Source: Takakia lepidozioides (Eukaryota > Plantae > Bryophyta). From it: 64,000 nucleotides of DNA. The stretch covers positions 39,494,001-39,558,000 of the forward strand of contig CM060732.1 of assembly GCA_030704615.1 (NCBI GenBank). The letters are read 5' to 3'. The notes beneath the pieces were generated by a model. It ran no database searches. It was given only the letters and a program-made list of their open reading frames with translations, and was not told the DNA's origin. This document shows, in pieces, positions 23,801-37,418 of this stretch. Both the position numbers and the translations under genes were made by a program. The first letter of the stretch is position 1. Every line of letters starts with the position of its first letter.

Positions 23801-24246
23801 ACCGTATATTTCAAACAGAGCTCGTCCCGCCCAGGCTCTCTTCTTCCTCGTTCTCGGATCTGGCTATGGAGAATTTGCTTGGACGCTGTCAAGAGTCCGA
23901 TATGGCTGTAGCGGCAGCTCGGACCTCAAGCTCTCCGATTCGATGAGTGGGATATGCTGCACCCCAGAAAATGCCGAATTTTGTCTCTGTTGAATTTTCC
24001 TTTGGTATCTGTACTTCTGAATTAGTCTATCGGGAGTTGGCTTTGTGCCCTAGGGGGTACAGCAAATGAGGCTTGCGAACAGGGAAGCAGCGATGGAGAA
24101 CTGGAAAGGAGAATGGAATGACAGGTCTGGGAGAAAGGAGGGCTGTCAGGTGAGTTCTCACTTGGCAATGATGCAGTAGAGGGGAGAGTGGATGTTGTGC
24201 GTCTCCACTCTTGTATTGACTGGTTTATGAAACAGCGACAGACAGA

Positions 24247-27200
24247 ATGAGGCGATCAACGTTGGGGAGTTTGAGCCCGTCGCAGCTCAATCGGAGAGCA
24301 TCTTGCAGCAATGCAGCTGCAAGAGTGTTGGGCAGGCCGCCACGACTGTCTGTGATTGGTGGCTTGAATGCTGGCAACAATAAGCAGGGCCAGTCGAATC
24401 TCTCGCGGCGGTCGAGCATATATGGAAAGGGTTCACAGCCGCGCACTGATCCGCGGCCCATCACTGACAGAGGCTTTCAGCAAGAATGCATCCGCACATT
24501 GAGTGGATATCTCGACACGCATGGCTACAAAGTCGCCCCAAAGCTTCTTGTGGCTCCATCGCGCAAAGACTTGCTCATCATCATCCAGTTTCTCTTTCAA
24601 AAAGTGGATCCCAACATGCAGTTTGTAGGTAAGATTGAGGACGATGTTCCTTTGACCTTCAAGAGGCTGCGCTACCCCTTCCAGATGAGCAAGAGTGCAT
24701 TGTCTGCGGCAGGGAGCCCGCATACTTGGCCTGGCCTCCTAGCCGCCCTTACCTGGTTAGTTGGCCTCTTAAAATACCAAGAAAAAACTGAGAATGAGGA
24801 GCAAGGAACTGCATTCGACGACGACGATGGTTCGAAATTCTTGTTCGAGTATACGAGTAGATGCTACAAATTCTTTTTGGCCGGAGATGATGACGAGTGT
24901 GAGCGTCTTGATGCACAGTATCGAAGCCAATTTGAGAACGAAAGGGTGCAGCTTGCCAGCAGGCAGCAGAAGCTTCAGGAATTGGTGACCGAGGCGGAGG
25001 CTAGAGCACAGCCGCGAAAGAATGCGCCATCACCATTAGCCGCTTTGGAAGCCAGGAAAGGTGACTATGTGAGCGACATTTCTAAGTTTAACCAAATAAT
25101 CAGTAATCTTCAGTCCCACAAGCAGGCTGCTGAACAGAAATTAGAACAGAAGAAACAGGATGTTGTGGCAAAAAGAACTGAAAAAGCAGCAAGTGTTCAA
25201 AGTATTGAGGATCTGAGGAGTAGGATAGCTTCTCAACAAATTAATGCTGCCGAAGTCGAGCGAATGCAAAAGGAGAAGGAGATACTGGAGGTCAGCATCC
25301 AACCTGTTGCCCTCAAAGATGAGGAACTTCGCAAGGCTGCTTGGGATTACGAGGTGCAATGCAGCAAGCAGTTCAAGGAGGTGGAGATAGCTGTCAGCCT
25401 CTTTAATGAGCGTACTCAACGGTTTGCTGTCTTCGCAACTTTTTCATCATATGTTTCGGATGGACAGTTCTGCATCATACTCTCAACCAGAAGTGGAGCT
25501 GGAACACTTCTGCTTCAAAAAGTGGTTGTTGCTATCACTTAGTGGACAGTAATTTAGTTTCAGGCTAGGAAAATCTCAAAATCAAGTATATATTGAATGG
25601 ATCTGAGATGAGTTCATGTTGGAGAAATGCGCCACATGATAACACAGGCCATTCAGGACTATGGACTTGTGGTCAAGGAATAGTTTTTACCGCCTGCATG
25701 TTCTCTTGGTCTAGAATTGTAGTCTTGAGGACCATAAGGTTCTACTATATGTATCTGTAGACTGTCACTGAGAAATGCAGCAGCATAAGCTCTGTGAACT
25801 ACACCGTAAGATCTCGGAGTGGTAACTGGATTATCATGCTTTCTGCATGTCAAAAAATTCGCATCGCTTATTCCATCATTGATACAATGATAAGCCCACT
25901 CTGCATCCTGGTGGACCCACCCCACTCTAGTGAAGTGTGCAGCAAGGAAGCATGGATTTGACTACCCTGTTTGTTATTTCCGTGTTAATTCTTTTTGCAT
26001 GGGCAATTGGGGAACAGGTTGAAACTCAGTTCTGCAGAAGGACAGCAAGACAATGGACTGCATCAAATTAAGCTTAATCCACAAGCTGACACACCACGAG
26101 AAATTCTTGGTGGAGATTTATTTGGTAGGCTTAAGCCTGCCATTTTGGAGCTAATGGAGACCTGCAAATGGTGCATATGTCAGGAGAAAGAAGAGGTGAT
26201 TGCAATTCAACAACAGCAATATGCATGCGATGTTGTCTGTCAGGAGAAGCGTGACCAGATTTCAGAGCGGGTGGCTCAAAACAGAAAGGTGAGCCCTTTC
26301 TCGTTTACAAGCCAGGCACAATAGTGTAGTTCTCTGGCCAGTGTGGCCAAAGTTGGCGAAGTTCCAGTTAAGTGTGAGTAAAGTGGGACATAACAACAGG
26401 GAGGGAGGGGGGAATGGGCGGGACAGCTGGAGGCACAGTACAAATCACTCAAGGAGAAGCTAGATGCTGCTCTTGCTGCAAATAGAGCTCAGTGTGAGGA
26501 ACTTGAGGCGACTGTTGCTCAGAAGGAACGTGCTCTCAGGAAGACCGAAGCTGAAACTGATGAACTTATTAAGGTATTGAGATTGCCATGGTTTATTTTA
26601 TCTCTGGTGTATTGACATAAATTGATGTGATACTGCTTAGGCTGCTTTTCCTTAACAGGGATCTTCTCGGTATGACAACAGGGGCCAATGTAGGTTTTTA
26701 GTTCGGATAGCTGAAACTGATTTCTCTGACTGTGAAGACCATTGTTGAATGGGTAGGCAGAAGAGATAAAAATAGAGAGCATAGTGTCATAACCCAGCAG
26801 TCTGAGACCTCACCAGCATCCTCAGCATGCTTCATTGTGTCTTGCTACACTCTGGGGATATATTGAAACAGAAACTCATGGAAAGCATCATCCGCAGTAT
26901 ATCTCTCTCAGCATTTAGTTTCGGTAGTGTACCTTGCAGTGTAGTCTGTTGCTTTGTTTGTTTGCTACGGATTCTTGCTTGCTGGCTTTCTCTCTCTTGT
27001 CAATGGAGGTTTGTGATCTACCCACAGACGGAATTAAGTTAAATTGTTTGTGTCTGACGTCCAGCAATGGCAAGCGAAGTCTGAGGTGGCAGTCTCAAAC
27101 TGCTACCGGGAGCTGGAGGCACAGAAGAAGGAATGGTTGGAGATAGTGGACATAATTTTGAATCATAAAGAGTATAGTGATGGGGTACTGGCCAAGCTCA

Positions 27201-27274
27201 AGACTCGGGCTGCCCAAGCAGCTGAAACCATCACCCGACAGCTATCAGAGGATTTGTCAGCACACCAGCTGTAA
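24247..27274 (+). CDS. NDC80: Kinetochore protein NDC80/HEC1; exons 24247-25421, 26018-26288, 26427-26573, 27065-27274
   Basis: Basic N-tail; CH domain DPRPITDRGFQQECIRTL...FLFQKVDP...LRYPFQMSKSALSAAGSPHTWPGLLAALTWLV; long coiled coil. GT-AG introns keep the frame. Confidence 0.93.
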
Positions 27275-28280
27275 AGGTGGTGATCAAGACCCCAGAATTC
27301 ATGGGACTCAGAAATAATGTTGTGCTCACAGGTGGACGAATGTATACTTACTGTAATTGAGATTCAATGATAATCCATGTATGGATTTATGCGTATGACG
27401 GTTGCGCCTGCTCTTCAAGCGCGTGCTGAAACTTGCAGCATGGACACTTTGGGGTCAGCTTTAAGATTTGCACATGGCAAGAAAGGGATATAGGGTATGG
27501 GCTGTGTAGAGTTGAGGTCACTGATGGCTGCGGCCTTTGTTTTAAGATGTAGTGTCAATTATGTTGGGGTTCTTTGGGTATTTTAGGGGTAGAGAGGCTC
27601 GGTTGGGAGATCTTTTTCCTCGCTGCAATAGGAGAGGGGAGGGATGATGGGTTTTTGGTTTGGCTAGAAGGACTTAGTTGTGAGATTGAGAAGAAAAGCT
27701 GTGAAAAAATGGAAGGTTGACCTGTTTGCACAACCAATTCTACTGCAGAGAGGATGTGAGGGAGAGAGAAACTGGATAGCTTTGGAAGCTACTGTCTGAA
27801 GCTCACTAACCTTATAATGTGCATCTAACTGGTACGCACATAGGGAATGGGAGATCTAGTAGCAGAAAGAAAAGTACGCTCATTATGGTTACAGCTTTCC
27901 TTGGATCTCCTCAGTAGGCTTGTGCTAAAGATTGTGGGTGGGAGACAATAGATAGGTGGACAAATAACATACTTCACATGCTCTTGATTGATGACTTGCT
28001 TGCCAATATACAACATTTCCCTGTACAAGTTATTGCTTGCTTACCAGATCCTAACACTGATTCAGCCCTGAAAGCCATGGTGTGTAGTGCGTGTGCCCAA
28101 GTTCCTTGGCTAGCTAAGCCTTCCTACCATATGGGAACCCAAGTTTAGGCACTTGTTTTGCACCTTGTTCAATGTCCAACACATCTAAATGTACCTACGG
28201 AATGAATTAACCATTGTCTCCTCAGCCTCATCGACTATCCATCAACGCCACTATCTTGTCTCCTAACAACCTTCTCGTTT

Positions 28281-31200
28281 CTAAAGGCTCTCACTAAACA
28301 CCATCTCCTGCAGAATTTCCAACCCCCACCCCCCCCCCAAGACATTAGTAACCTGACTGGTTAGCCTAGAGATTTTCATCTCCTTCAACAGCTGTCCCTT
28401 TTCTGTATAGTACTATCCAAAGCCCGGATCTAGGAATCTGAGACACTATCCATCTTTCCATTCCGTTACTTATTAACAGGACTGTCTGTGCTTGGCTGCC
28501 CAGAAATCCTCTCCTCACCTCACCTCAGTCCTACCCTCTCATTCCCAGACAAGAGTTATAAGCACACTGACCTCCAGAGGGACCTCCAGAGGGCTTGCTT
28601 CCACCATTGACCAAGAAATATGCCATTGCAAGAAAATGGAATGGGAATTTGTGAATGCCAACCCAGGTCAAGAGCTTATGTACAAGAGCGGGTACCTTGT
28701 CACAAATGGGGCAGTGCTTGCTGCGCTCCATCCACTCATAGATACAACCCAGGTGAAAATGGTGTCCACACGCCGTACTTATCTTGGGATTTTCCTCAGT
28801 ATAGCCTGCCATCATCCTTCATCAGAATCTCTCTCCATCTGTCTCTGTCTAATACGATGAAGGATATTTTGGAAAACATACGAGATGCAATAACTTTTCT
28901 CATTTTCTTGAGCCCTTCCAAGAAACATCTCAAGGTTCTGGCTTGGTCCCAGTATCTGGAGCCACCGAAGTGTTGGTGATATAGCCCTGCGTCTTCCTGT
29001 GGGCCACAAGGCTATGGACAAGGCTAGGGCCACAAGCCCTGTAGCCTAGGTGCAGGGTATATGGACAGGAGACGGCTTGCACACAAGTCTGACACTTGCA
29101 TCTCTCCTTTCCTATCTACTCATCCTAACATGGTTCCTGCAATTCAGTTCACCAACTTTCAAAATCACAAGGCTGAGCCTAAAGTCCTGGCCCTGTTGGG
29201 GTCTCACTTTTGGGCTGCTCACACACAGCAGAATGATGTTTGTGTGAAGGGCTTTCTGGAGGATATCTGGAAAGCCCGAACTAATTGTTTATATCAAGGT
29301 AAGACACACTACTGGAGCGAGCCCCTCACAAAGGTAGTGCCTATTCCCTATGTTTCGTCCAAACTGAGCGCAGGGTCTATGGCCACAAGGCTACAGCAAA
29401 CAAAGTCTTATGAGTACATATTCTATGTACCCATTCCAGTAGCCAACCAGAAACATACGCAAGTTCACAATCGCAAACCCCTAAACTCCTCAATAGTCCA
29501 GCATGTTATAAAAACAGCTGGCATTCAAATCACACAAAAGGTATTAGGTTCACATAGTTCCATGTGGCAACGTTATGCATACACCTTTAACAGCCTATGA
29601 AACTGCAACCGAAGGTTCCTGCTTTAGAGAAAACCACAAAAGGTTCACATGACAGTGGGTGAAGAGAATCCAAGACTGGCAAGAAACTTGATAAGTAACT
29701 TACCATCTAGGCAAGTGGGGCAGATGTCCTCGTCGTCAATAAGTGACATCAGGGACTCAACCCTGGCAAACCCTTTTGATGAAGGCTGCCGCTTTCCAGG
29801 GGAATCAGGCTTATAACCCTGAACTTGTTCTTCATGGTCACTGCCTCCATTGTTTCGTCTCTGCAGCGGTGTCAAGGCTTCCCCACCTCCATCTGACAAA
29901 ATGTTGCTACGACGAAGAGGCTCAGATTCCCCAGCATGCAAATGGCTCATTCCACTCTTATCCCGCCTCGACACCAGACCATCACGAGCAGCCCGGAGAT
30001 ATCGAGGATCTGTATCATAAGGCAATGGCCGGGGGGGTGCTCGATATGTCTCAGGCAACGATGTGTCTAAACTGCTGCCGCCTAGAAGGCCTGCTGATGT
30101 AGACGTGGTAACTCCTTGACTAGGAGATAATGAATCCCTACCTTCTCCCTCATCAAACCATGTAGAATACTGCACCATACACAACCATCAAACCCCCCCT
30201 CTGTCACCTCTATGACCAGGCTGATTGTAAGAGGAACTGCAATTCAGCCACATTTGCAGCTCATCCACCAGTCAGGGTTGGCTTACACGAGTGACCAAAA
30301 GGAAATTCATTTGTGAGAGAATTTCAACATTCCTGGCAGGCATCACAAATCTGATGGGGATCCATGGTACCAAGAGAGCTTTATTACCTTTAGCCGTGGT
30401 CGCTAGATGGAACTTAAAAACTGAAAAAGACCTCAATGATACTCATTGGGAAAACAGCAGACAAGGATCAGAAAAACAATGTTCCTATACTTGTAAGAGT
30501 GTGATCCTAATCTATTGAGTGGCAGACAGCAAGCTAAAATTGAGGCTATCCCACACAAGCTGTAAGTGCCATGGCGATTAGGACCAGGGGATGCTTCTGC
30601 CTTCAGAGGACATTGTTTCCAGAAAACCTGATGCACTGCAACAACATTTAATTTGCAAAGGAATGTCTTTTAAGCTTGGATGAGCATGCTGTCAACCACC
30701 AGTCCTCAGCCACTATCAGCAATACCACACAAAAGACTGGAAAGTGGGGCAATCAAACCTACTTTGAAATAGTGTAAGCTGCAAGAAACGATTTTGTGTA
30801 AGGAAACTCTGCACATACTGTGCCCTGCCCCAAGCTCGAAAATCTAGGGCCTTATATCATCTCAAGGCACTCATGAAAGCCAACAGTTCGGGTATGTGCC
30901 ACTTAGCTCCCAAGGCAGAGCTCCGTCCAACAACGATCCGAAAGTGCACAGCAGAACTACGACTTACCTTCAAATCCCTCACTAATACATTGGCTTCACT
31001 GCAGGCGGAATGTGGGATGAAAATCGTGCGCAGCTATGGCAATATGCTATCAATCCAGAAGCGATAGTACAGCCCACCCTACCTGGTCAATTTCGGATAA
31101 AGCACAGCTTGATGGCTTCCTGAAGTCCAATTCAAGACAAATAGCCGGAAGGATGAGAATCTTGGGTGTCAAGCTTCAGACCGTACCTCACTCAAGAATC

Positions 31201-31412
31201 GTTCATTCAGTTAGAATGGGTAAATCTCACTTCATACCAACAACATGGCGGCTGCAATCATCAAGAGGACGAGGGGGAATGGCTCATACCATGCGAACAA
31301 ACCAGCGCACGCAGCACCGAAGACACAAGCAGTTCTGATAGATGCTTCCATTAGGATATGCTGTGTAGTCCTCGAAATCCTCTGGGTTTGGACAGCAACA
31401 CAAGCCCCCCAT
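28281..31412 (-). CDS. RING-H2 E3 ubiquitin ligase of the At3g02290/RHB1A type, N-acylation signal MGGLCCC; exons 31412-31290, 30169-29704, 28805-28696, 28307-28281
   Basis: TYRAPPRPLPYDTD, DEDICPTCLD|GYTEENPKISTACGHHFHLGCIYEWMERSKHCPICDK|EMVFSESL*; splice phases consistent. Confidence 0.92.
29140..29418 (+). mobile_element. Intronic LINE 3' end, same family as 18860-19440
   Basis: CVKGFLEDIWKAR and GGGTCTATGGCCACAAGGCTACAGCAAACAAAGTCTTATGAGTAC are shared with that copy. Confidence 0.82.
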
Positions 31413-32639
31413 GTCTGTCGTTCCCCCTCCAGCTGATTCTCTGTTTCCTTCCGTCTTGGCCCTTCTCTCTACCTTCCCTTCCTGTACCTGCACCTCGATT
31501 CTAACTCTCTCTTTCTAATCACATCCTGGTGCCGGCAGACTTACCAGACTATGTCTTCCAACAACTCCTTCACCCAATCCTCGCCCTGAAACTGCATCTA
31601 ATCCAGCAGCCGTGGCACACTAAGGTTATCGTAGCAGGAGTTCACCCGAAATGAAATCAACCAAAAGAAGCTATTTCCTGAGCCTTACATTGCCCACCAG
31701 GGAGTCGAGGGCGCTAGAGCTCTAACCCTGACTCCACAAGAGACTGCTTTCTAAGTTCAAACCATGCTTGCATTACCTAACCAATTGGCATGGAAAGAGC
31801 CAATCAGAAACCCGCGATTTGAGAATCGACAAACGAACAACACGTTCTGAAAGAATTTGGGAACTGAAGAGCATGGACATCTACCAGAATCGCCAATTGA
31901 AAAAGAACCCAGAAACAGAAAAAATTCTCACGCCAGCCTGAGCAGCGATCACCGATCACTGCATCAAACCAAGGTCTCTGTCCAAGGAATGACAGCGATG
32001 TCGCATACACCATAGCCGGCACCGCTGAACGAGAGACAGAGACACAAAACAAGAGAGGGGGGGAGGAGAGAGAGAGAGATATAGAGGCAAAAACTAGTCA
32101 CTTTTGTTTTTACTGCGGTGAAAAAGTTAGAGGGCCCGTGCGCGCGGTTGCGGGCGCCAACGCTGCCCCGCCACGTGACATTCATCCATCCATCGCTGCC
32201 GCTAGGCCCTTACCTCCAATCAGGAATCTCTCTCGCCCCGGATGATACATTTTTCATTCATCTACTCGGAATTCCAAGGTTTTTTGTTTGTTTTCTTAGA
32301 GAAAGGGGACAGAGGCCCTGAAAAACTTTATTGAAGCGGCAAAAAGTAGAACAAAGAGGAGGGACAAAAATGGATAGATGATCCATGGATGATAGATGAG
32401 GAACTGGCAATATAATAACAACAATTCTTTTCTTTTTCTTTTTTCCTTTTTTCTAAAGGAAACCTGGGAGCGACTGCTCACAATTCAGGCCCTTGAGGAG
32501 GGGAAAAATAACAACAATGAATTAAGGGACCTCCCTGTATTTTAATTCTAATATATTCTCCAAACATCAGTCTACTCTAGAGTCGTGCATGGCGAGTGAA
32601 GAAAATAAGTCTGACGCGGAAATTATGGTGTCTCTTCAC

Positions 32640-32756
32640 CACAAGGCTACTGCCTTCCAGCTGAAAGGTGGACAGCTTCATGACACACCAGACCGTGGTT
32701 TGAACCCACAACCACATCCAACGTGGTATGTGCCCATTACCACTAGGCTACATGGT
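32640..32756 (-). mobile_element. tRNA-derived SINE head (degenerate)
   Basis: Minus-strand A box TAGCCTAGTGG (32750-32740) and B box GGTTCAAACC (32706-32697); 3' limit uncertain. Confidence 0.55.
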
Positions 32757-32794
32757 GAGTGACACTGTCCTGGAGTCTATTCTGGTTTCCCTAA

Positions 32795-34882
32795 CCCAGG
32801 AGTAAGAGAAAAATTGTGCTCCCTTTTACCCTGCATGGAATTGGAGGATGCGTGGAAGCTTTGAGCCCCGTCAAGGCGCCTGGTTTGGACGAGCTCCCGG
32901 TGGAATTTCTGAGAGCCTTATGGCCTACCATAGGGGAGATGTTTTGGAGCTTACAAATGACATTTTGACTAAAGGGGTTATGCCATCGCAGCTCTCGCAA
33001 GGCCTCATCACCCTGATCTTCAAGAAAGGTGATAGGATTGTCCTCTCTAACTATCGCCCTATTACCTTACTAAATTCCACCTATAAGGTTATAGCAAAAG
33101 CTTTGGCTCTGCGCATTCAGCCCCCTTACCCCCCAAGATCATTAGGCCTGAGCAAACTGGGTTTGTTAGGAGTCGCATGATCCTTGACAACATCCTCTTT
33201 GCTAAAGAGGCTTTGCATTTGGCTCATCAAAACGCACAGCCGCTGGCTTTTCTCATGCTTGATTTCAAAAAGGCCTTTGACAACATAAGCTGGTCATTCC
33301 TCCAAACGGTGCTTCTTAAGGCTGGTTTTTGAAGGCCCGTTCCTGGAGTGGATTATGATTTTGTTGCATTCTGCCTCCAATAAGGTGATCATGAATGGCC
33401 TTATATCCTCCTCCTTTCCCTTTCACAGGTCTATCAGACAGGGATGTCCTCTTGCTCCATGAACCTTTTCCTTTTAGCTGCAGACTATCTGGGTCATTTT
33501 CTTTCTAGGAGGGAGGACCTCATTGGCCTTAATCCCCTATTGGGGGGGTTGTTCTCTACACCTACTGTCAAATCGTTCATGTATGCTGATGACACAGTTT
33601 TGCTGATCCTCATTGTGAGGCGTGTCGCTTCTCCACGGACCTCTGGCCGAGCTCCCTCTCTCAAATGGCTGGTGCATGGCACCAAATCCTCCCGCATGTC
33701 TGGATCACATCTTAGAACTCAAATTGGGCTGCTTGGCTAAGGCTCAGGCCTTTTCTCTTCCAGCGAATGGCAAACTCGTTTGTTGAGGCCATTAGGCAAC
33801 CCCTTTTTGGCAATTACAATGTTGACTCCACCCCCTTGATCTGCCTTAGCCGAAAGTGGGCCACTTGGGAAGCGGTGGGCCTGGGTCATGTTGCCAACAT
33901 ATGGGAGAATGGGCCTTTTGTGTCAGATAGACTGATTCGTAGTTTGCTCCCGCGACACTCAATCACTTGTAGCTGGGATATCATTCGTCAAGGGGCCTCT
34001 TACCTCCCCCCCTTTATTGCTTTCTGAACATGATCCATGGAATGTACCTATCTGGTTAGGATGTGTTCAGGGTATGCCCTTTCACCCTTTCAGGTGTTGT
34101 TCACTCTTTCCCTTTCCCCGAGTGGTATTTAGGGTCTTGGCTTTTCAGCCTCTCCCTCTGGGGCTCTATTTGTCCTTTCAATGATGTCTGCTAGGAAGGA
34201 AGATTTGTTCCCAATTAGAGTGATAGACCTTGCTTCGGGGGCCTTGAACCCCCCCCCCCCCCCCCCGCGCGCGCATGGACCTGCGATGGGCCATTCATGT
34301 CAGGCTTTGCTAGTTCCTCGGAATGAATCCTCTAAGTGGCCTTCAATTTGATCCGTGGGAGTGGGCGTGGATGGACTCTGCAAAAACCCCGCTCTTTGGG
34401 TATTATGCTTAGTTGGATTACAGACTGTTGCTTGGCATGTGTAGCTAACTTCACGCAAAAATGGTCCAACTAAGGCTCAGCTGGACTTTAGTGCTCAAGT
34501 GCAGTTGCTTAGGCTCTTCTTCCCCCTCTTCGTTTTTCAGTCCTCCCCTAGGCAAGGTGTTGCCCAAGAATTGAAGACGCACCAAGGCTCAGCTGGTTAT
34601 GCTCGAACGCTTAGTTAGCTATGGTTCTTCCCTCGTTTCTACTTTGGTTGCTTTTGTCTCTGATCTTTTTAGTGATCTAGAGCTCCATTTTTGGGCTTCG
34701 GTGTTGCCCAAGCTTTTCTCCCTCATCCCTGCCCCTAGATGTTTGTTCCTGGGATGTTCCCCATGTGTGTATGCCTTCACGGCCCCCCGGAGGTTATTTT
34801 TTCGGCCTCCTATATCTTTTACTCCTTAATAAATTCGCTAGGGCCTCTGTCACATGTTTTTTTTTTTTTTAGCATTAAAAAA
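32795..34882 (+). mobile_element. Decayed L1-like LINE (RT to 3' UTR), same family as 51333-57470
   Basis: GLITLIFKKGDR...NYRPITLLNSTYK, LDFKKAFD, RQGCPLAP, MYADD, LQFDPWEW. The 3' UTR resembles 52440-52570. Confidence 0.85.
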
Positions 34883-37418
34883 ATTGTATCTTAATTCTAG
34901 AGAACTGGTCTACCATATGGGCTTCATTATATACTCCTTAACTATGACAAAACCGCCAACCAAATTGCCCTGAATTGCCCAGTCTTTGAAAGTACCTATT
35001 CGTAGTTCGACGTCTCTCTGGCATATCTGGAAAGCTCATTGGTGCTAGGACATTAATACAGGGCGATACATGCTCAATCTCCAGCCTTCTTTCTCTCATC
35101 TACCATGACTTACAAACTAAATCCAGGAAAGCTTGGATTAAACTCTCCGAATACCTGCCCCAAATTACTACCCCTTGGAACTAACGGGAGGCTAACCACC
35201 TACCAGCATTCATCCACAAAATTTGACCATACACATACATGCCTACCTGGCCTTTACACAATCTCCCCAAATTTTAGGAATTTTCACTATTGAGTTTGAG
35301 AGATTATATTGTTTTCCTCGGAAAGTTTTTTTTTTGGGGGTTTGAAAAAAACCTTTATTTGCTTTAACCCAACATGTTGAGGGGCTTTTTGAATTTTCCA
35401 AAAGGGCTGCCCCAAATTTTCATAATGTATAGTACAAATGCAAAGTGCATGCCAAATTTCACATCAAACCAATATTTTACTGCATATGCTGCTTTGTATG
35501 TGGTTTGGTGATGGTTGACATGTCCATCCCTAGTAAGCACATTCCAGCCTAAAGCTTTAGCCTTTCCTCTGGTGAGGGGCTGTCTACAATGCCCATAAGC
35601 ATCAGGAAAATTTTCAAGAGGATCTATTGGTGAAAACTGAAATTCAAATAGGCCGAATAGCATTGAACAATTTTGACATCACTGGCCTGGTATGCTTCAA
35701 TGGCCCAATGAGGGGGGCCCACCGTTCTAGTCAACTCCCCTCCACCCAATTAAGTTTTTGACCCCTGTCCCTTTAGAAAAATCTGGAGGTTGCATGCCTT
35801 CTCCAAATGGCATGCAATAATTGGAGCAGGTGGGCTACCTCATGCACTATAAATGCTTAGAAGGAATGAATGTAAAAAAAGTTCGTCTGCAAAAGTTAGG
35901 ATGGTCCTCCAGACAGCGTGAGCTGAAACGGGTCGCGTAGGAAGTTAAGGGTTAAATATTTATTTATTTTTTCTTATAAAAGAAAATACTTGGAAGCGAC
36001 AGCTCACAAATCAGGCCCCTTAATTATAGCGAGAGAAGAAAATATCCTCTTTCACAGTAACCTCCCTTGTGAAGGCTTTCGCATGGGACACCGCCCAAGG
36101 GAAGGGAGAGAAGACTGTACCAATGTCCCAGTTTGGACCGATGTATCCTGTCGGTTCATTTTCAGGGTATCAAAGTCTATGGACCCGACACAAGGATACA
36201 TGTGATACCCGGGTTGAGCTGGACCCGACGAGGCTGATGTAGGCTCGGACCTAGACCTGGACCTGTAGAATTTCAGGGTCCTAGGGTCATGTTGTGATCC
36301 ACTCTAGCTGTAGGTATTTTTTGGAAACACATGCTCCACTTCTCGCTTGTTGTCTCTTATTTTTTACGACCTACCAATTTATTCTAGGAAAGCTTGGGCA
36401 AAACTACGTAAAAACATCGAAAGAGCTCCGCGCAGTGCAGCTGCATTGTATGCTTCATTCAGATCAACCTGGGCAAGGAATGGGGCTATATATTGCAACA
36501 GCACTTCAACAGACACTACATTTGGACATATGTTATGTAGTATATATAACCAAGTATACTATCTGCCGGGTATATCAGGGTATCAATAATATATATGAAG
36601 TGAGACGTTTGTTTTGTTTTGTTTTGTAGCGTCGTTGAGATCTCCAAAACCTCGGAGCCGCAGCCCCGGTGCGTGGTGCCGTTGGAAAGCCCTCCATGAG
36701 GGGGGGTGCACCAACTTGCAGGTCTCATATTGCGGTGTGGGAGATGTCGAATTCCAAGTACTTTGGTGGCTGGAAATTCGTAAAAAATAGCAAAGTGGGT
36801 TTTCCTAGAGTGCAGTGATCGGCCCTTCACGTAAGCAGGAGGACATTCAGAGAATGAAATACAGATCAATTGGGACCAACAAGGTCCTTAAAAAGACACC
36901 ACCCACACAACACTGATCAAGACCCTGTCAAAAGCCTCGCAGCTTCGCTTTCACTCATTGTCATTGTCATTGTCTCTTAGAGGTCTTCATTTTCGACTCG
37001 TGACTTCATTAATATTCAGCTTGTTCCATGATGAGCTTCTTTACTTCTTATCATGGTTTGTTGGGTCTCGGCCTTGGTTGTTCTTGTTGACCTTCCCTTT
37101 AAGCGGTTGTATTCTTTCCTTCACTAATTACGGTGTGTGTGCCTTATGGTCTACTGGGGGGTTTATTTATTTATTCCCTAGCTAAATTCCATGCAGTGGC
37201 TTCTGTGGAAAACAACATGAATAATGTAAGAACTTAATGGATGCGTGCCATCTGACGGTACTTTCCCCCGATTTTGACAACATAGGTTCCTCCGGCAGGG
37301 CCCTTGTCAAATCTTCCCCACCCCCTCATACCCCAGAGTCACTATAAAATATATTATAAAAATGCAAAAGATTGGTAAGCAGCAGTGACTCACCTACTGG
37401 TAAGATGATGGCAGTATA

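Noticed and set aside
25422-25542. NDC80 ORF extension to 25542
   Set aside because: Intron read-through after the GT donor at 25422.
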